From Chloroflexota bacterium (GTDB lineage: Bacteria > Chloroflexota > Limnocylindria > P2-11E): a stretch of DNA of 52,702 nt. The translations under genes were made by a program, and so were the position numbers. Shown here piece after piece: positions 34,256 through 43,612 of this stretch (position 1 is its first letter; every line of letters starts with the position of its first letter). The DNA is taken from assembly GCA_031404235.1 (NCBI GenBank), contig JANNHF010000059.1, positions 1 through 52,702 of the forward strand, written 5' to 3'. Under the pieces are notes generated by a model. The model had not been told where the DNA came from, searched no databases, and was given only the letters and a program-made list of their open reading frames with translations.

Positions 34256-36030
34256 CAGCGCACCGCCCAGACCATGAGCGTCGCGATGAGGATCAGCGCA
34301 AGCCAGACCCCCGCGCGTTCCTCGAACATCGCGAAGATGGCGGACACGGTCGTGGCCGAACCGGCCAGCGCACGGAACGACGCCGCAGCGATCGGGACCG
34401 GGTCGGCGACGGAGACCACGGCTCCGAGACGCGCGCTCAAGGCGCTCAGCTCAGGCAGCAGCACGCGCACCGCACGCGCCGCCACAACCAGCAGCGTTGA
34501 GAACACCGCGGTCACCGGCACCAGCGTCACGAGCTCGTCGAGGCTCCGCGTGTTCGGGCGACCGAACGCTCCGGCCATCGCGTCGAACAGCGGCAGCGAG
34601 AGTGTGAGGACGACCATGATCGTGCCCAGGAAGGACGCGATCGACGCCGACACGTCGAGGTCCGCTGGGACGGCCGCGATGCTGAGTCGCCGCCCGGCGT
34701 GCGCGAGCTCGAGTCCCAGGACCGCGCCTGCGGCGAGAACGGCCAGCACCACCGTGGCGAGATCGGGCGCATCGAGCGCGCCGACCGCCATCGTCAGCGT
34801 GCCCGCCACGATCACCGTCGAGCTTGCCATCGCGGTGATGTACGAGCGGTGCGGCGGCATCCAGAAGCCGTCCGAAACCGCGGCGAGGCCACCACCCGCG
34901 AGCACGATGAGAGCCCCAGCGAGCGCGGCCGGCGATCCGGTGGCGAGCGCGATCCATAGCGCCGCGAGCACGACGTCGTACCGCGAGATCGTCCACTGCT
35001 CCGGTAATGCGAGGGAGACCGCGGCGGCATAGGCGATCGTCACGAGCGAAGCCACGAGGATCAGATGGCTCCAGTGAATGAACGGGTACGCGAGGATGAG
35101 CACGAGCACGAAGGTCGAAAGCGCGATGCGTCGCCGCAGCCCGGACCGGCGCCGCCGCACGATGAAACGGAGTGCGAGCGCGGCGACGACGATCGCGATG
35201 AGCGTCGGCGAGATGATCGCCGGAAGGGCGAGCGTCGCGAGGTCGATGCGCGTCACGCCGAGGATGCGGCAGAGCACCAGCGTCGCGCCGATGCCCGCGG
35301 GCATCGTCAGCAGTCCGCGAAGGCTCTCGCGTTCGCCCGCTTCTTCAGAGCGGTAACCCCACGGCACGAATGGGTACAGGCCCGCGAAGAGCGCTGCTCC
35401 AAGCGATGCCGCGAGGACGACGCCCGGCGTCACCGCGTCAGGTGAGATCGCGTCGAAACGGAACGATGCGCCGCCGAAACGCGACAGGAGAAGTGCTGCG
35501 ACGACGAAACCCTGGACACCGCCCGCGAGATAACCGGTGATGCGTGCCACCGCCGCCGCAGGCGAAACGAGTAGCGCGATGAACGACGTGATGGCGCCGA
35601 GCGCGCCGAGGACGACGACGGCGGCGATGACGTCATCGGTCACCGCCAAGGTGATGAAAACGAGCCCGTTCAGGAGGATCACCGGCCGCAAGAGCTGGTG
35701 GCGAGCACTCACACGCGTTGTGGCGACCAGGGCGGCCCCGATGTACAGCGCCCCTATCGCCACGCCGATGGCGCCGAGACCATCCAGCTGATATGAGGCT
35801 TGGATGGTCGGCCCCCCGACCGCCGACCACTCCCAGAGCGCACTCCCCGTCGCGTGCTGCGGGTCCAGGGCGACGTACATGAGGAGCGGCGCGAGCCCTG
35901 CGACCGCGCAGCAGGCCACCGCGAATGGGATCCGCCATCGGAACGCTCGTCGTGGCATGACAAATGCGAACGCGAGCGCGGCAAGTGCAAGAGCCACTAC
36001 AAACAGGATCAACTCGGCTCGCACGACCAT
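34255..36030 (-). CDS. Complex I subunit L / MrpA-like membrane protein, strongly diverged
   Basis: The N-terminal W.W...G......LDGLG......ALYIGAALV pattern resembles the antiporter N-terminal domain, and the protein is polytopic throughout. The canonical GK.A..P...WLP.AM..PTP.SAL motif is replaced by GAALFAGLYPFVPWGYRSEEAGE. Confidence 0.55.
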   Translation of the reverse strand: MVVRAELILFVVALALAALAFAFVMPRRAFRWRIPFAVACCAVAGLAPLLMYVALDPQHATGSALWEWSAVGGPTIQASYQLDGLGAIGVAIGALYIGAALVATTRVSARHQLLRPVILLNGLVFITLAVTDDVIAAVVVLGALGAITSFIALLVSPAAAVARITGYLAGGVQGFVVAALLLSRFGGASFRFDAISPDAVTPGVVLAASLGAALFAGLYPFVPWGYRSEEAGERESLRGLLTMPAGIGATLVLCRILGVTRIDLATLALPAIISPTLIAIVVAALALRFIVRRRRSGLRRRIALSTFVLVLILAYPFIHWSHLILVASLVTIAYAAAVSLALPEQWTISRYDVVLAALWIALATGSPAALAGALIVLAGGGLAAVSDGFWMPPHRSYITAMASSTVIVAGTLTMAVGALDAPDLATVVLAVLAAGAVLGLELAHAGRRLSIAAVPADLDVSASIASFLGTIMVVLTLSLPLFDAMAGAFGRPNTRSLDELVTLVPVTAVFSTLLVVAARAVRVLLPELSALSARLGAVVSVADPVPIAAASFRALAGSATTVSAIFAMFEERAGVWLALILIATLMVWAVR

Positions 36031-36063
36031 TGGGTTAAGGTAGCCGAAGTGGATCTGCGCCTA

Positions 36064-37491
36064 ATGCCTCAGCAGCAGATGAAGGTGACGCCGAAGCAGA
36101 TCGCCGCAAACGCCATCCTGCAGCTGTCGTCGCTCGAACTTCAGGACGTCATCAATCAGGAGCTGCAGGAGAACCCGGCGCTGGATCTCGAGGAGCAGCA
36201 GGCGTGCCCCCTCTGCGGGCAGCCGCTCCCGGGACGGGTTTGCCTCAACTGCTTCGGTCTCGCGAAGGCGCCGCGGCAGAACGATGCCGAGACCGAGCCC
36301 CTCGAGGGAACGAGCCTGATGACGCGCGACGACGAAGGCGACGAATTCGACCCGGTCGTCCGCGCCGAATCGGAGCAGACGCTCGCCGAGTGGCTGTCAT
36401 GGAACGTGCGCATCCTGTTGCCGGCGCGTTTGCTGACCATCGCCGAGTACCTCATCGGCAACATCAACGAGGTCGGCTACCTCGACCCGGGCGTCACGAT
36501 CGAGGATGCGGCGACGGCGATGAAGGTCTCCGTCCCGGACGCGATGCGCGCGCTGCGCGCGATCCAATCCGTCGAGCCTTGGGGCATCGGCGCTCGCGAC
36601 GTTCGCGAGTGTCTCCTCATCCAGATGCAGCACCTGGAAGAGATCGGCGAGGAGGTCCCGCAGCATGTGAAGCCGATCATCGCCGACCACTTCCGCGAGC
36701 TCGGTGAGCACAAGTTCGGCGAGGTCGCGCAGGCGATGCGCATCACGCGCAACGAGGTCCAGTCCGCGTGGGACTACATAAAGGACAACCTCAACCCCCA
36801 CCCGGCGCAGGGCTTCGCCGCGGGGCCGGACGGCACGAGCATCGGCGGCCGCGAGGTCGGCCTGCGACCCGACGTGATCATCGCGAAGTCGGAGAGCGGC
36901 GAGTTCGAGGTCGAGGTCATCGAGTCACGGCGGTTCTCGCTGCGCGTGAACCCCGTCTACCGCCAGCTCATCATGCAGCTGCAGGCGGCTCGCAAAGAGG
37001 GCACCAGCACCGTGCCGATGAACGACGACGACCGGCAGCACATTCGCGAGTACGTCACTCGGGCAAAGTTCTTCATCGACAACATCAACCAGCGTCGGCA
37101 GACGATCTTGCGGATCACCGAGGTCATCGTCGACTGCCAGATCGAGTTCCTCGAGCACGGCATCCAGTCGCTGCGGCCGCTGACGCGGGCGGAGGTGGGA
37201 GAGCGCATCGGCATGCACGAATCGACCGTGAGCCGCGCGACAGCCGGCAAGTTCGTCCTGCTTCCCAGCGGCCAGGTCGTTCCGTTCGCGATGTTCTTCA
37301 CCGCCTCACTGGGGACAAAGGACGTCATCAAGGAGATCATCGACGCCGAGGACCGGGGACGGCCGTTCTCCGATCAGGAGATCGTCGAGAAGCTGGCGGA
37401 CAAGCACGGAATCAAGCTCGCGCGGCGGACGGTGGCGAAGTACCGCGATGAGCTTCAGATCCTGCCGGCCCGCCTACGCAAGCACGCCTAG
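36064..37491 (+). CDS. rpoN: RNA polymerase sigma-54 factor with Cys4 zinc-ribbon insertion
   Basis: It has the RpoN box ARRTVAKYRDEL, the HTH GMHESTVSRATAGKFV, core-binding region motifs, and region I-like LQLSSLELQDVINQELQENPALD. CPLCGQPLPGRVCLNC lies at 36205-36252. The start at ATG 36064 is downstream of the ORF-track start. Confidence 0.9.
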   Translation: MPQQQMKVTPKQIAANAILQLSSLELQDVINQELQENPALDLEEQQACPLCGQPLPGRVCLNCFGLAKAPRQNDAETEPLEGTSLMTRDDEGDEFDPVVRAESEQTLAEWLSWNVRILLPARLLTIAEYLIGNINEVGYLDPGVTIEDAATAMKVSVPDAMRALRAIQSVEPWGIGARDVRECLLIQMQHLEEIGEEVPQHVKPIIADHFRELGEHKFGEVAQAMRITRNEVQSAWDYIKDNLNPHPAQGFAAGPDGTSIGGREVGLRPDVIIAKSESGEFEVEVIESRRFSLRVNPVYRQLIMQLQAARKEGTSTVPMNDDDRQHIREYVTRAKFFIDNINQRRQTILRITEVIVDCQIEFLEHGIQSLRPLTRAEVGERIGMHESTVSRATAGKFVLLPSGQVVPFAMFFTASLGTKDVIKEIIDAEDRGRPFSDQEIVEKLADKHGIKLARRTVAKYRDELQILPARLRKHA

Positions 37492-37500
37492 ACCGCTGGC

Positions 37501-37782
37501 CTAGCTCTTAGCGGCGGTCCTCTGCGAGCTGTTCCCCTTGGCAGGCGCCTCGCCGAGGGTCTTCTTGATCTCGTCCACCGCAGTCGACTCGACGTGATAG
37601 CCGAAGGAGGTCCGGCGGACTCCCGGCAGGTCCTTACCCCTGAGCGCGTCGCGGAGCGCGTGCTCGCGCCACCCGATGCGCTGGGCAAGCTCGCCGGTGG
37701 TCAGCCAGTCGCGGTCTTTGCTCTTCTGCTTCTCCGACGCGTCGGCCTTGGGTTGGCTCTTTGAGGCCTTCTGTGGAGGCAT
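37501..37782 (-). CDS. Small Lys-rich protein with excisionase/MerR-type helix-turn-helix
   Basis: The N-terminal tail is MPPQKASKSQPKADASEKQKSKDRD. WLTTGELAQRIGWREHALRDALRGKDLPGVRRTSFGYHV then resembles an excisionase-family HTH. I chose the start at ATG 37782, not 37947. Confidence 0.5.
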   Translation of the reverse strand: MPPQKASKSQPKADASEKQKSKDRDWLTTGELAQRIGWREHALRDALRGKDLPGVRRTSFGYHVESTAVDEIKKTLGEAPAKGNSSQRTAAKS

Positions 37783-37870
37783 GTAGGAACGATACCCGGT
37801 TTGCGCGCCCCCGCTGTCCCGCTCTAAACTGCCGCCGAAGCGCTGCGGCCCCCTCCGTCGGGGCGGGCGC

Positions 37871-40039
37871 TTGCTTCTTGTAAATTCACTTTTCGGTGTA
37901 GCGGAGGGCTCTTTGGACGCGGCACCCCTGCTTTGGGTCGTTCCCATCTCCGGACTCGTCGCGGTCCTCGTCGCCGGCTACTTCGCTTACGACGTCCTCC
38001 GCTCGCCGATCGGAACGCCGGCGATGCAGAAGGTCGCCGCGACGATCTACGTGGCGGCCGTCGCGTTCATGCAGCGCCAGTACCGCACGATCTTCCTCCT
38101 CGCGCTCGGCGGCATGGTCCTCATCGGTCTCGTCATCTACTTCTTCGAGACGGCTCCGGGTGTTTCCTCGACGGAGCTCGCCGTCCGCACGGCGATCGCA
38201 TTCTTCGTTGGCGCCATGTGCTCGATGGCCTCCGGCATCGTCGGCATGTTCGTCGCCGTGAAGTCGAACCTGCGAACGGCCGCCGCCGCGCAGCACAGCA
38301 TCGGTGATGCGCTCCGGATCTCGCTCCGCGGTGGCGCGGTGTCCGGGATCCTCGTGGTCGGCCTCTCGCTGATCGGCGTGTTCGTGATGTTCATCGCCTA
38401 CGGCGGGTTCCAGAATCCGGAGCAGGCGCCGTTCACGATCGTCGGGTTCGGCTTCGGCGCGTCCTTCGTCGCGCTATTCGCGCAGCTCGGCGGCGGCATC
38501 TACACCAAGGCCGCCGATCTGGGTGCGGACCTCGTCGGCAAGATCGAGGCGGGTATCCCGGAGGACGACCCGCGCAACGCCGCGGTGATCGCGGACCTGG
38601 TCGGCGACAACGTCGGCGACTGCGCCGGTCGTGGCGCGGACCTCTTCGAGTCCACCGCCGCCGAGAACATCGGCGCGATGATCCTGGGCGTCGCGATCTA
38701 CGCGGTGACGCAGAACGTCGCGTGGATCGTGTTCCCGCTCGTCGTCCGTGGCTTCGGCCTGATCGCGAGCGTCATCGGGATCTTCCTCGTCCGCGGGAAC
38801 GAGAAGAAGGATCCGATGGGTTCGCTGAACACGGGCTACTACATCACCGTCGCGCTCTCGATCGTGGCGATGTTCTTCGTGACGAACCAGATGCTCAACG
38901 AGAAGGGCGCCTTCATGTACTTCTTTTTGGCGGGCGTCGTCGGGATCCTCACGAGCCTCGCCTTTGTGTACATCACCCAGTACTACACGTCCGGCAACTG
39001 GCGGCCGGTCAAAGAGATCGCGGAGGCAGCCAAGACCGGTCCGGCGACGACGATCATCTCCGGCGTCGCGGTGGGCTTCGAGACCACCGCTTCATCGACG
39101 ATCACGATCGCGATCGCGCTGTTCCTCTCTCACTGGCTCGGCGATCAGTGGGGCCAGTTCACCGGTCTTCCGCACGGTGGCATCTACGGCACGGCCGTCG
39201 CGACCATGGGCATGCTCATGAGCGCGGCGTTCATCCTGGCGATGGACACCTTCGGGCCGATCACGGACAACGCCGGTGGCGTCGCCTCCATGGCGCGAGC
39301 CTCGGCGGAGACGCGCGAGCGTACCGACCGTCTCGATGCCGCGGGCAACACCACGAAGGCGCTGACGAAGGGCTACGCCGTGGCCTCCGCCGCCCTCGCG
39401 GCATTCCTCCTGTTCTCGGCCTATCTCGACAAGGTCGCGCAACTGACCGGCAAGCCCTTCAGCACGGTCGACCTGGCCAAGGTCGAAGTCTTCCTCGGCG
39501 GCTTCCTCGGCGCGATGCTCGTTTATCTATTCTCGTCCCTGGCGATCCGCGCGGTAGGCCGCGCCGGCGCCGCGATCATCGAAGAGGTGCGGACGCAGTT
39601 CCGCGAGCATCCCGGCATCATGGCCGGCACCGAGGAACCGGACTACGCGCGCGTCGTGGACATCACCACCGCGTCCGCTCTGCGCAACATGATCGCGCCG
39701 GGACTCCTTGCGGTGGGCGCGCCGATCGTCGTCGGCATGCTGCTCAAGGCGGAGGCCATGGCGGCGATGCTGATGGTCGGCACGATGGCCGGTGTGATCC
39801 TTGCGACCGTCCTGAACAACGGCGGCGGCGCGTGGGATAACGCGAAGAAGTACATCGAGTCCGGGATGCTCAAGGACGACAAGGGCAACGTGCTGGGCAA
39901 GGGCACGCCGGCGCACGCGGCGGCCGTCGTCGGCGATACGGTCGGCGACCCCTTCAAAGACACCGCGGGCCCGAGCCTGCACGTCCTGATCAAGCTCCTG
40001 GCGACGATCACCCTCGTCCTCGCGCCGCTCTTCATCTAG
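37871..40039 (+). CDS. hppA: Membrane-bound proton/sodium-translocating pyrophosphatase
   Basis: It has [50 protein letters not shown] and about 16 TM helices. The exact start is uncertain: TTG 37871 or TTG 37913. Confidence 0.95.
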   Translation: MLLVNSLFGVAEGSLDAAPLLWVVPISGLVAVLVAGYFAYDVLRSPIGTPAMQKVAATIYVAAVAFMQRQYRTIFLLALGGMVLIGLVIYFFETAPGVSSTELAVRTAIAFFVGAMCSMASGIVGMFVAVKSNLRTAAAAQHSIGDALRISLRGGAVSGILVVGLSLIGVFVMFIAYGGFQNPEQAPFTIVGFGFGASFVALFAQLGGGIYTKAADLGADLVGKIEAGIPEDDPRNAAVIADLVGDNVGDCAGRGADLFESTAAENIGAMILGVAIYAVTQNVAWIVFPLVVRGFGLIASVIGIFLVRGNEKKDPMGSLNTGYYITVALSIVAMFFVTNQMLNEKGAFMYFFLAGVVGILTSLAFVYITQYYTSGNWRPVKEIAEAAKTGPATTIISGVAVGFETTASSTITIAIALFLSHWLGDQWGQFTGLPHGGIYGTAVATMGMLMSAAFILAMDTFGPITDNAGGVASMARASAETRERTDRLDAAGNTTKALTKGYAVASAALAAFLLFSAYLDKVAQLTGKPFSTVDLAKVEVFLGGFLGAMLVYLFSSLAIRAVGRAGAAIIEEVRTQFREHPGIMAGTEEPDYARVVDITTASALRNMIAPGLLAVGAPIVVGMLLKAEAMAAMLMVGTMAGVILATVLNNGGGAWDNAKKYIESGMLKDDKGNVLGKGTPAHAAAVVGDTVGDPFKDTAGPSLHVLIKLLATITLVLAPLFI

Positions 40040-40067
40040 CGGAGCGCGACGGCTAGGCTCTGCGGCG

Positions 40068-40754
40068 GTGAGGGCCCTTGCTGCGGTGCCGCGCGTATGG
40101 TGGGCGACGGATCTTCCCGGCTATCGGGAGCATCTGGCGCCGTTCGCGACTTACTCGCCGTTCCCCTACGCGGGCCTGCCGCCGATCGAGCGCACGCTGG
40201 ACGACGACCTGCGCTGGCTTCGGTCGGAGCCAGTCGTACCGCGAGCGCTCGGGCACGCGGAGCCGGGCGATCCCCGGCCCGAGCGCGTCGCGACGGCCGT
40301 GGAGCTCACCGCCCTTCTCGGGAATCGCACGGTCGACCTTCCTCGAGCCTTCCGGACGTTCATCAGCGACGAGGAGCCGCGCACCCGGGTCCGTTCGTGT
40401 ACGGACTCTTATCTCGACCTCGCGGAGTTCCGCGTGGATGTCGCGGGTGGCGGGTCGCTGATCCACTTCCTCTCCGACCAGCAGTGGGTGCTGCACTGGC
40501 TGCTGTACGTGGACCCAGAGGGCTCGGAGGCCGTCGTCGTGACGGAGTCGGCGTTCGGGTTCGACGCAGAGGGCGAACGGTTCGATGACTGGGATCCCGT
40601 CGAGGGCGGGATGAGCGTGTGTGCGGAGTCGTTCTCCGAGTTCCTGTACCGCTTCTGGATCGAGAACGAGATCTGGTTCCGCGGTCCGGGCCGCGGAAGG
40701 AATGGGACGTCGCTGACCGACGAGCAGCTCCGCTACGCAAAGCACTACCACTAG
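40068..40754 (+). CDS. SMI1/KNR4 (SUKH superfamily) family protein
   Basis: LPRAFRTFIS, IHFLSDQQWVLHWLLYVDPEGSEAVVV and SFSEFLYRFWIENEIWF are characteristic of SUKH/SMI1-type proteins. The start is a GTG. Confidence 0.6.
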   Translation: MRALAAVPRVWWATDLPGYREHLAPFATYSPFPYAGLPPIERTLDDDLRWLRSEPVVPRALGHAEPGDPRPERVATAVELTALLGNRTVDLPRAFRTFISDEEPRTRVRSCTDSYLDLAEFRVDVAGGGSLIHFLSDQQWVLHWLLYVDPEGSEAVVVTESAFGFDAEGERFDDWDPVEGGMSVCAESFSEFLYRFWIENEIWFRGPGRGRNGTSLTDEQLRYAKHYH

Positions 40755-40798
40755 ACCCTGATTCGCTCTGTCGAGGGCCCCTGATTACCGTAGCGTCC

Positions 40799-41557
40799 GT
40801 GCTCGGGTCGATCGATCTCAACAGCGACCTCGGTGAAGGCGCGGGGACGGACGCGCTGCTCATGCCGCTCATCACCTCGGCGAACATCGCGTGCGGAGCG
40901 CACGCCGGGAGTGATGCGACGATGCGCGAGACCGTCGCGCTCGCCCGGCGCTACAACGTGGTCGTCGGAGCGCATCCGGGTTATCCCGACCGCGAGAACT
41001 TCGGGCGTGTCCCCGTTCCCCTCACGGATGACGAGCTGAGCGAAGAAGTGGCGCGCCAGATCCGCGCGCTGCAACGGATCGATCCCGATCTCAAGATCTC
41101 GCACGTCAAGGCCCACGGTGCGCTGTACAACCAGGCGGAGCGGGACGCGGCGGTCGCAAAAGCCATCGTCGCCGGCGTGAAGAAGGTCTTCGCAACGCGC
41201 GCCGATATCGCGCTGTACGCGCCGCCCAAGTCCGCGATGGTCGACGCCGCGCTCGCAGCCGGGCTGCGCGTCGTGCACGAGGGCTTCGTCGATCGCGCCT
41301 ATGAAGCGGACGGAACGCTGCGTTCGCGCAAGCTCCCTGGCGCGGTCCATACCGACCCCCAGGTCGCCGCGAAGCAGGCGCTCTCCTTCGTCCGCGAGGG
41401 TGGTGTGCGCGCGCACGACGGCTCGTTCGTCGAGCTGGCTGTCGAAACGCTGTGCCTCCACGGCGATACACCCGGGGCGCCGGCGATCGCATCCGCAGTG
41501 CGCGCGGCGCTGACCGGCGCAGGTGTGAAGGTGCGGCCCGCAGTCGTCTGGCCGTGA
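40799..41557 (+). CDS. pxpA: 5-oxoprolinase subunit A (LamB/YcsF family)
   Basis: It has IDLNSDLGEG, NIACGAHAG, GAHPGYPD and HVKAHGALYN. I chose the GTG start at 40799. Confidence 0.9.
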   Translation: MLGSIDLNSDLGEGAGTDALLMPLITSANIACGAHAGSDATMRETVALARRYNVVVGAHPGYPDRENFGRVPVPLTDDELSEEVARQIRALQRIDPDLKISHVKAHGALYNQAERDAAVAKAIVAGVKKVFATRADIALYAPPKSAMVDAALAAGLRVVHEGFVDRAYEADGTLRSRKLPGAVHTDPQVAAKQALSFVREGGVRAHDGSFVELAVETLCLHGDTPGAPAIASAVRAALTGAGVKVRPAVVWP

Positions 41558-42195
41558 AGCCGCGCGTCGTCCCGTTCGGCGAGGGCGCCCTGCTCGTCGA
41601 GCTCGCAGGTGACTTCCAGGAGGACGTCGTCACCTGGGCGCGTGCCATCGCGGACCACTGGGAGGCGATCCTTCGGTACGGTCCTGCCGTCCCGGCATAC
41701 GCCTCCACGCTGCTTCGCTTCGATCCGCTGCGCACGGTGCCTGCACAGGCCGAAAAGGCGGCCCAGGCAATGCTCGCGCGCGGCCAATTCAGGCCCATCG
41801 CTGGCGACAAGCCGCGCCGCGTCACGTTGGTCCCCACCACCTACGACGGCCCGGACCTCGCGGAGACGGCCGAGCGTTCCAGCCTGACCGTCGAGCAGCT
41901 CGTGGCCCTCCACGCCGAGCGCGAATACACCGCCTATTTCCTGGGGTTCCTGCCCGGGTTCGCGTACTGCGGCCGGCTGGACCCGCGCATCGTCGCGCCG
42001 CGTCTCGAGCGTCCGCGGGAGCGCGTGCCCGCGGGGTCGGTCGCGATCGCGGATGGCCAGACGGCGGTGTATCCGCTCGCGTCGCCGGGCGGATGGCGCC
42101 TCATCGGACGCACCGACCTCCGGGTGTTCGACGCCGGAGCGGACGAGCCGGTCCGCATCCGTGCCGGCGACCGCGTGCGCTTCGTACCGTTGTGA
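41554..42195 (+). CDS. pxpB: 5-oxoprolinase subunit B (KipI / allophanate hydrolase subunit 1 family)
   Basis: It has YTAYFLGFLPGFAY, TAVYPLASPGGWRLIGRT and FDGPDL-like motifs. The GTG at 41554 overlaps the pxpA stop. Confidence 0.85.
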   Translation: MKPRVVPFGEGALLVELAGDFQEDVVTWARAIADHWEAILRYGPAVPAYASTLLRFDPLRTVPAQAEKAAQAMLARGQFRPIAGDKPRRVTLVPTTYDGPDLAETAERSSLTVEQLVALHAEREYTAYFLGFLPGFAYCGRLDPRIVAPRLERPRERVPAGSVAIADGQTAVYPLASPGGWRLIGRTDLRVFDAGADEPVRIRAGDRVRFVPL

Positions 42196-43097
42196 TCCGC
42201 ATCACGGAGGCCGGCGTGCGCTCGACCGTGCAGGACCGCGGACGCTTCGGCCACCTTCGCTCGGGTGTTCCGCCAGCTGGCGCCGCCGATCCATTCGCGC
42301 TCGCCGCCGCCAACGCACTCGTGGGTAACGCCGACGGTGCCGCGGGGATCGAGATCATCGGCACGCCGTTCCGCTTCACCTGCGACGACGCTCGCGTCGT
42401 CGCGGTCGCCGGTCGTGACGTCTCGCTCGTGACGCGCTCCCGACTAGGGGGCTGGGGATCGGTCTTCGTTCGCGCTGGCCAGACGGTGACGGTGCACGCC
42501 GGAGAGCGCACGCGCTACGCGTACCTCGCCGTGAGCGGCGGCATCGCCTCCACGCCGCTCCTCGGTTCGCGTGCTGCATATCTGCCCGCGGGCCTTGGCG
42601 GGCCCCTGCGTGCGGGCGACACCCTTGCGCTCGGTGACGCTGATGCGGGCGCCGAGGATGCGGCGCGGCGCATCGAGCCGACCGCGTACGACGGACAGGT
42701 GCGCGCTATGGCGGGTCCGCACTCAGACCGGTTCGAGGCGGACGCGACCGCGCGCTTCTTCGCCGCGTCGTTCGTCATCGAGCCAGCGAGCGACCGCCAG
42801 GGGGTCCGCCTCGGCGGCGTGCCGATCGCGCCGCGCGCTGGCGAGCTCCTCAGCTGCGGTGTCGTTGCCGGCGCGGTGCAGGTACCGCGGGGCGGAGCGC
42901 CGATCGTGCTGCTGGCCGATCATCAGACGACCGGCGGTTATCCGGTGATAGCGACGGTGATCTCCGCGGATCTCGGGAAGGTCGCGCAGTCGGTGCCCGG
43001 TGAGTTGCTCCGCTTCTATCGCGTAGAGCGCGACGAAGCGCTCGACGCCTTACGTGCAGAGCGCGGCGCGCTCGACGGCGCTCGCGTGAGCGCCTGA
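42192..43097 (+). CDS. pxpC: 5-oxoprolinase subunit C (KipA / allophanate hydrolase subunit 2 family)
   Basis: It has TVQDRGRFGHLRSGVPPAGAAD, GGVPIAPR and DHQTTGGYPVIATV. The GTG at 42192 overlaps the pxpB stop. Confidence 0.85.
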   Translation: MIRITEAGVRSTVQDRGRFGHLRSGVPPAGAADPFALAAANALVGNADGAAGIEIIGTPFRFTCDDARVVAVAGRDVSLVTRSRLGGWGSVFVRAGQTVTVHAGERTRYAYLAVSGGIASTPLLGSRAAYLPAGLGGPLRAGDTLALGDADAGAEDAARRIEPTAYDGQVRAMAGPHSDRFEADATARFFAASFVIEPASDRQGVRLGGVPIAPRAGELLSCGVVAGAVQVPRGGAPIVLLADHQTTGGYPVIATVISADLGKVAQSVPGELLRFYRVERDEALDALRAERGALDGARVSA

Positions 43098-43552
43098 CGC
43101 AGAGCGACCATCTCGAGCGCCGCGTCCATCGCGTCTGCGCCCTTGTTGCCCTCCGCGCCGCCGGCACGTTCGCGTGCCTGCTCGATCGTGTCGCAGGTCA
43201 GGACGCCAAATGGGATCGCGGTCGGGTAGGTGAGCGTGAGATCCATGAGACCCTTGGCCACCGCCTGCGCGATGTACTCGAAGTGCGGCGTCTCGCCGCG
43301 GACCACGCAGCCGATCGGGACCACGGCGTCGTAGCGGCCGGTGTCGGCGAGCAACGCGACCGCCGCAGGGAGCTCGAAGGAACCCGCGACCTCGAAGAGG
43401 TCGACGCTCGCGCCCGAGTCGGCCGCGCGGCGGGTCGCGCCGCGCTCTAGCGCCAGCGTGACGTCCTCGTTCCACCGTGCGCGGACGATCGCGACGCGAG
43501 TGCCGCGATGTGCGCTTGCGCGCCGAGGGCCTCGTGTCTTTCCGGTCGCCAT
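43016..43552 (-). CDS. ribH: 6,7-dimethyl-8-ribityllumazine synthase with C-terminal extension
   Basis: It has RVAIVRARWNEDV, VAGSFELP, VVPIGCVVRGETPHFEYIAQAV, GVLTCDT and GNKGADAMDAALEM. The start is at ATG 43552. The last 23 or so aa run antisense into the 3' end of pxpC. Confidence 0.85.
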   Translation of the reverse strand: MATGKTRGPRRASAHRGTRVAIVRARWNEDVTLALERGATRRAADSGASVDLFEVAGSFELPAAVALLADTGRYDAVVPIGCVVRGETPHFEYIAQAVAKGLMDLTLTYPTAIPFGVLTCDTIEQARERAGGAEGNKGADAMDAALEMVALRQALTRAPSSAPRSARKASSASSRSTR

Positions 43553-43612
43553 CGGTCGCACTCTAATTGGGACTCGCCGTCGCATCCTCGCTGCCTTAAC
43601 GTTCAACAAAAG

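Noticed and set aside
37783-37947. Longer 148-aa version of the small HTH protein.
   Set aside because: The extra 55 residues are Arg/Gly/Ser/Pro-rich and would overlap the 5' end of hppA. The internal ATG at 37782 gives a coherent Lys-rich tail plus HTH.
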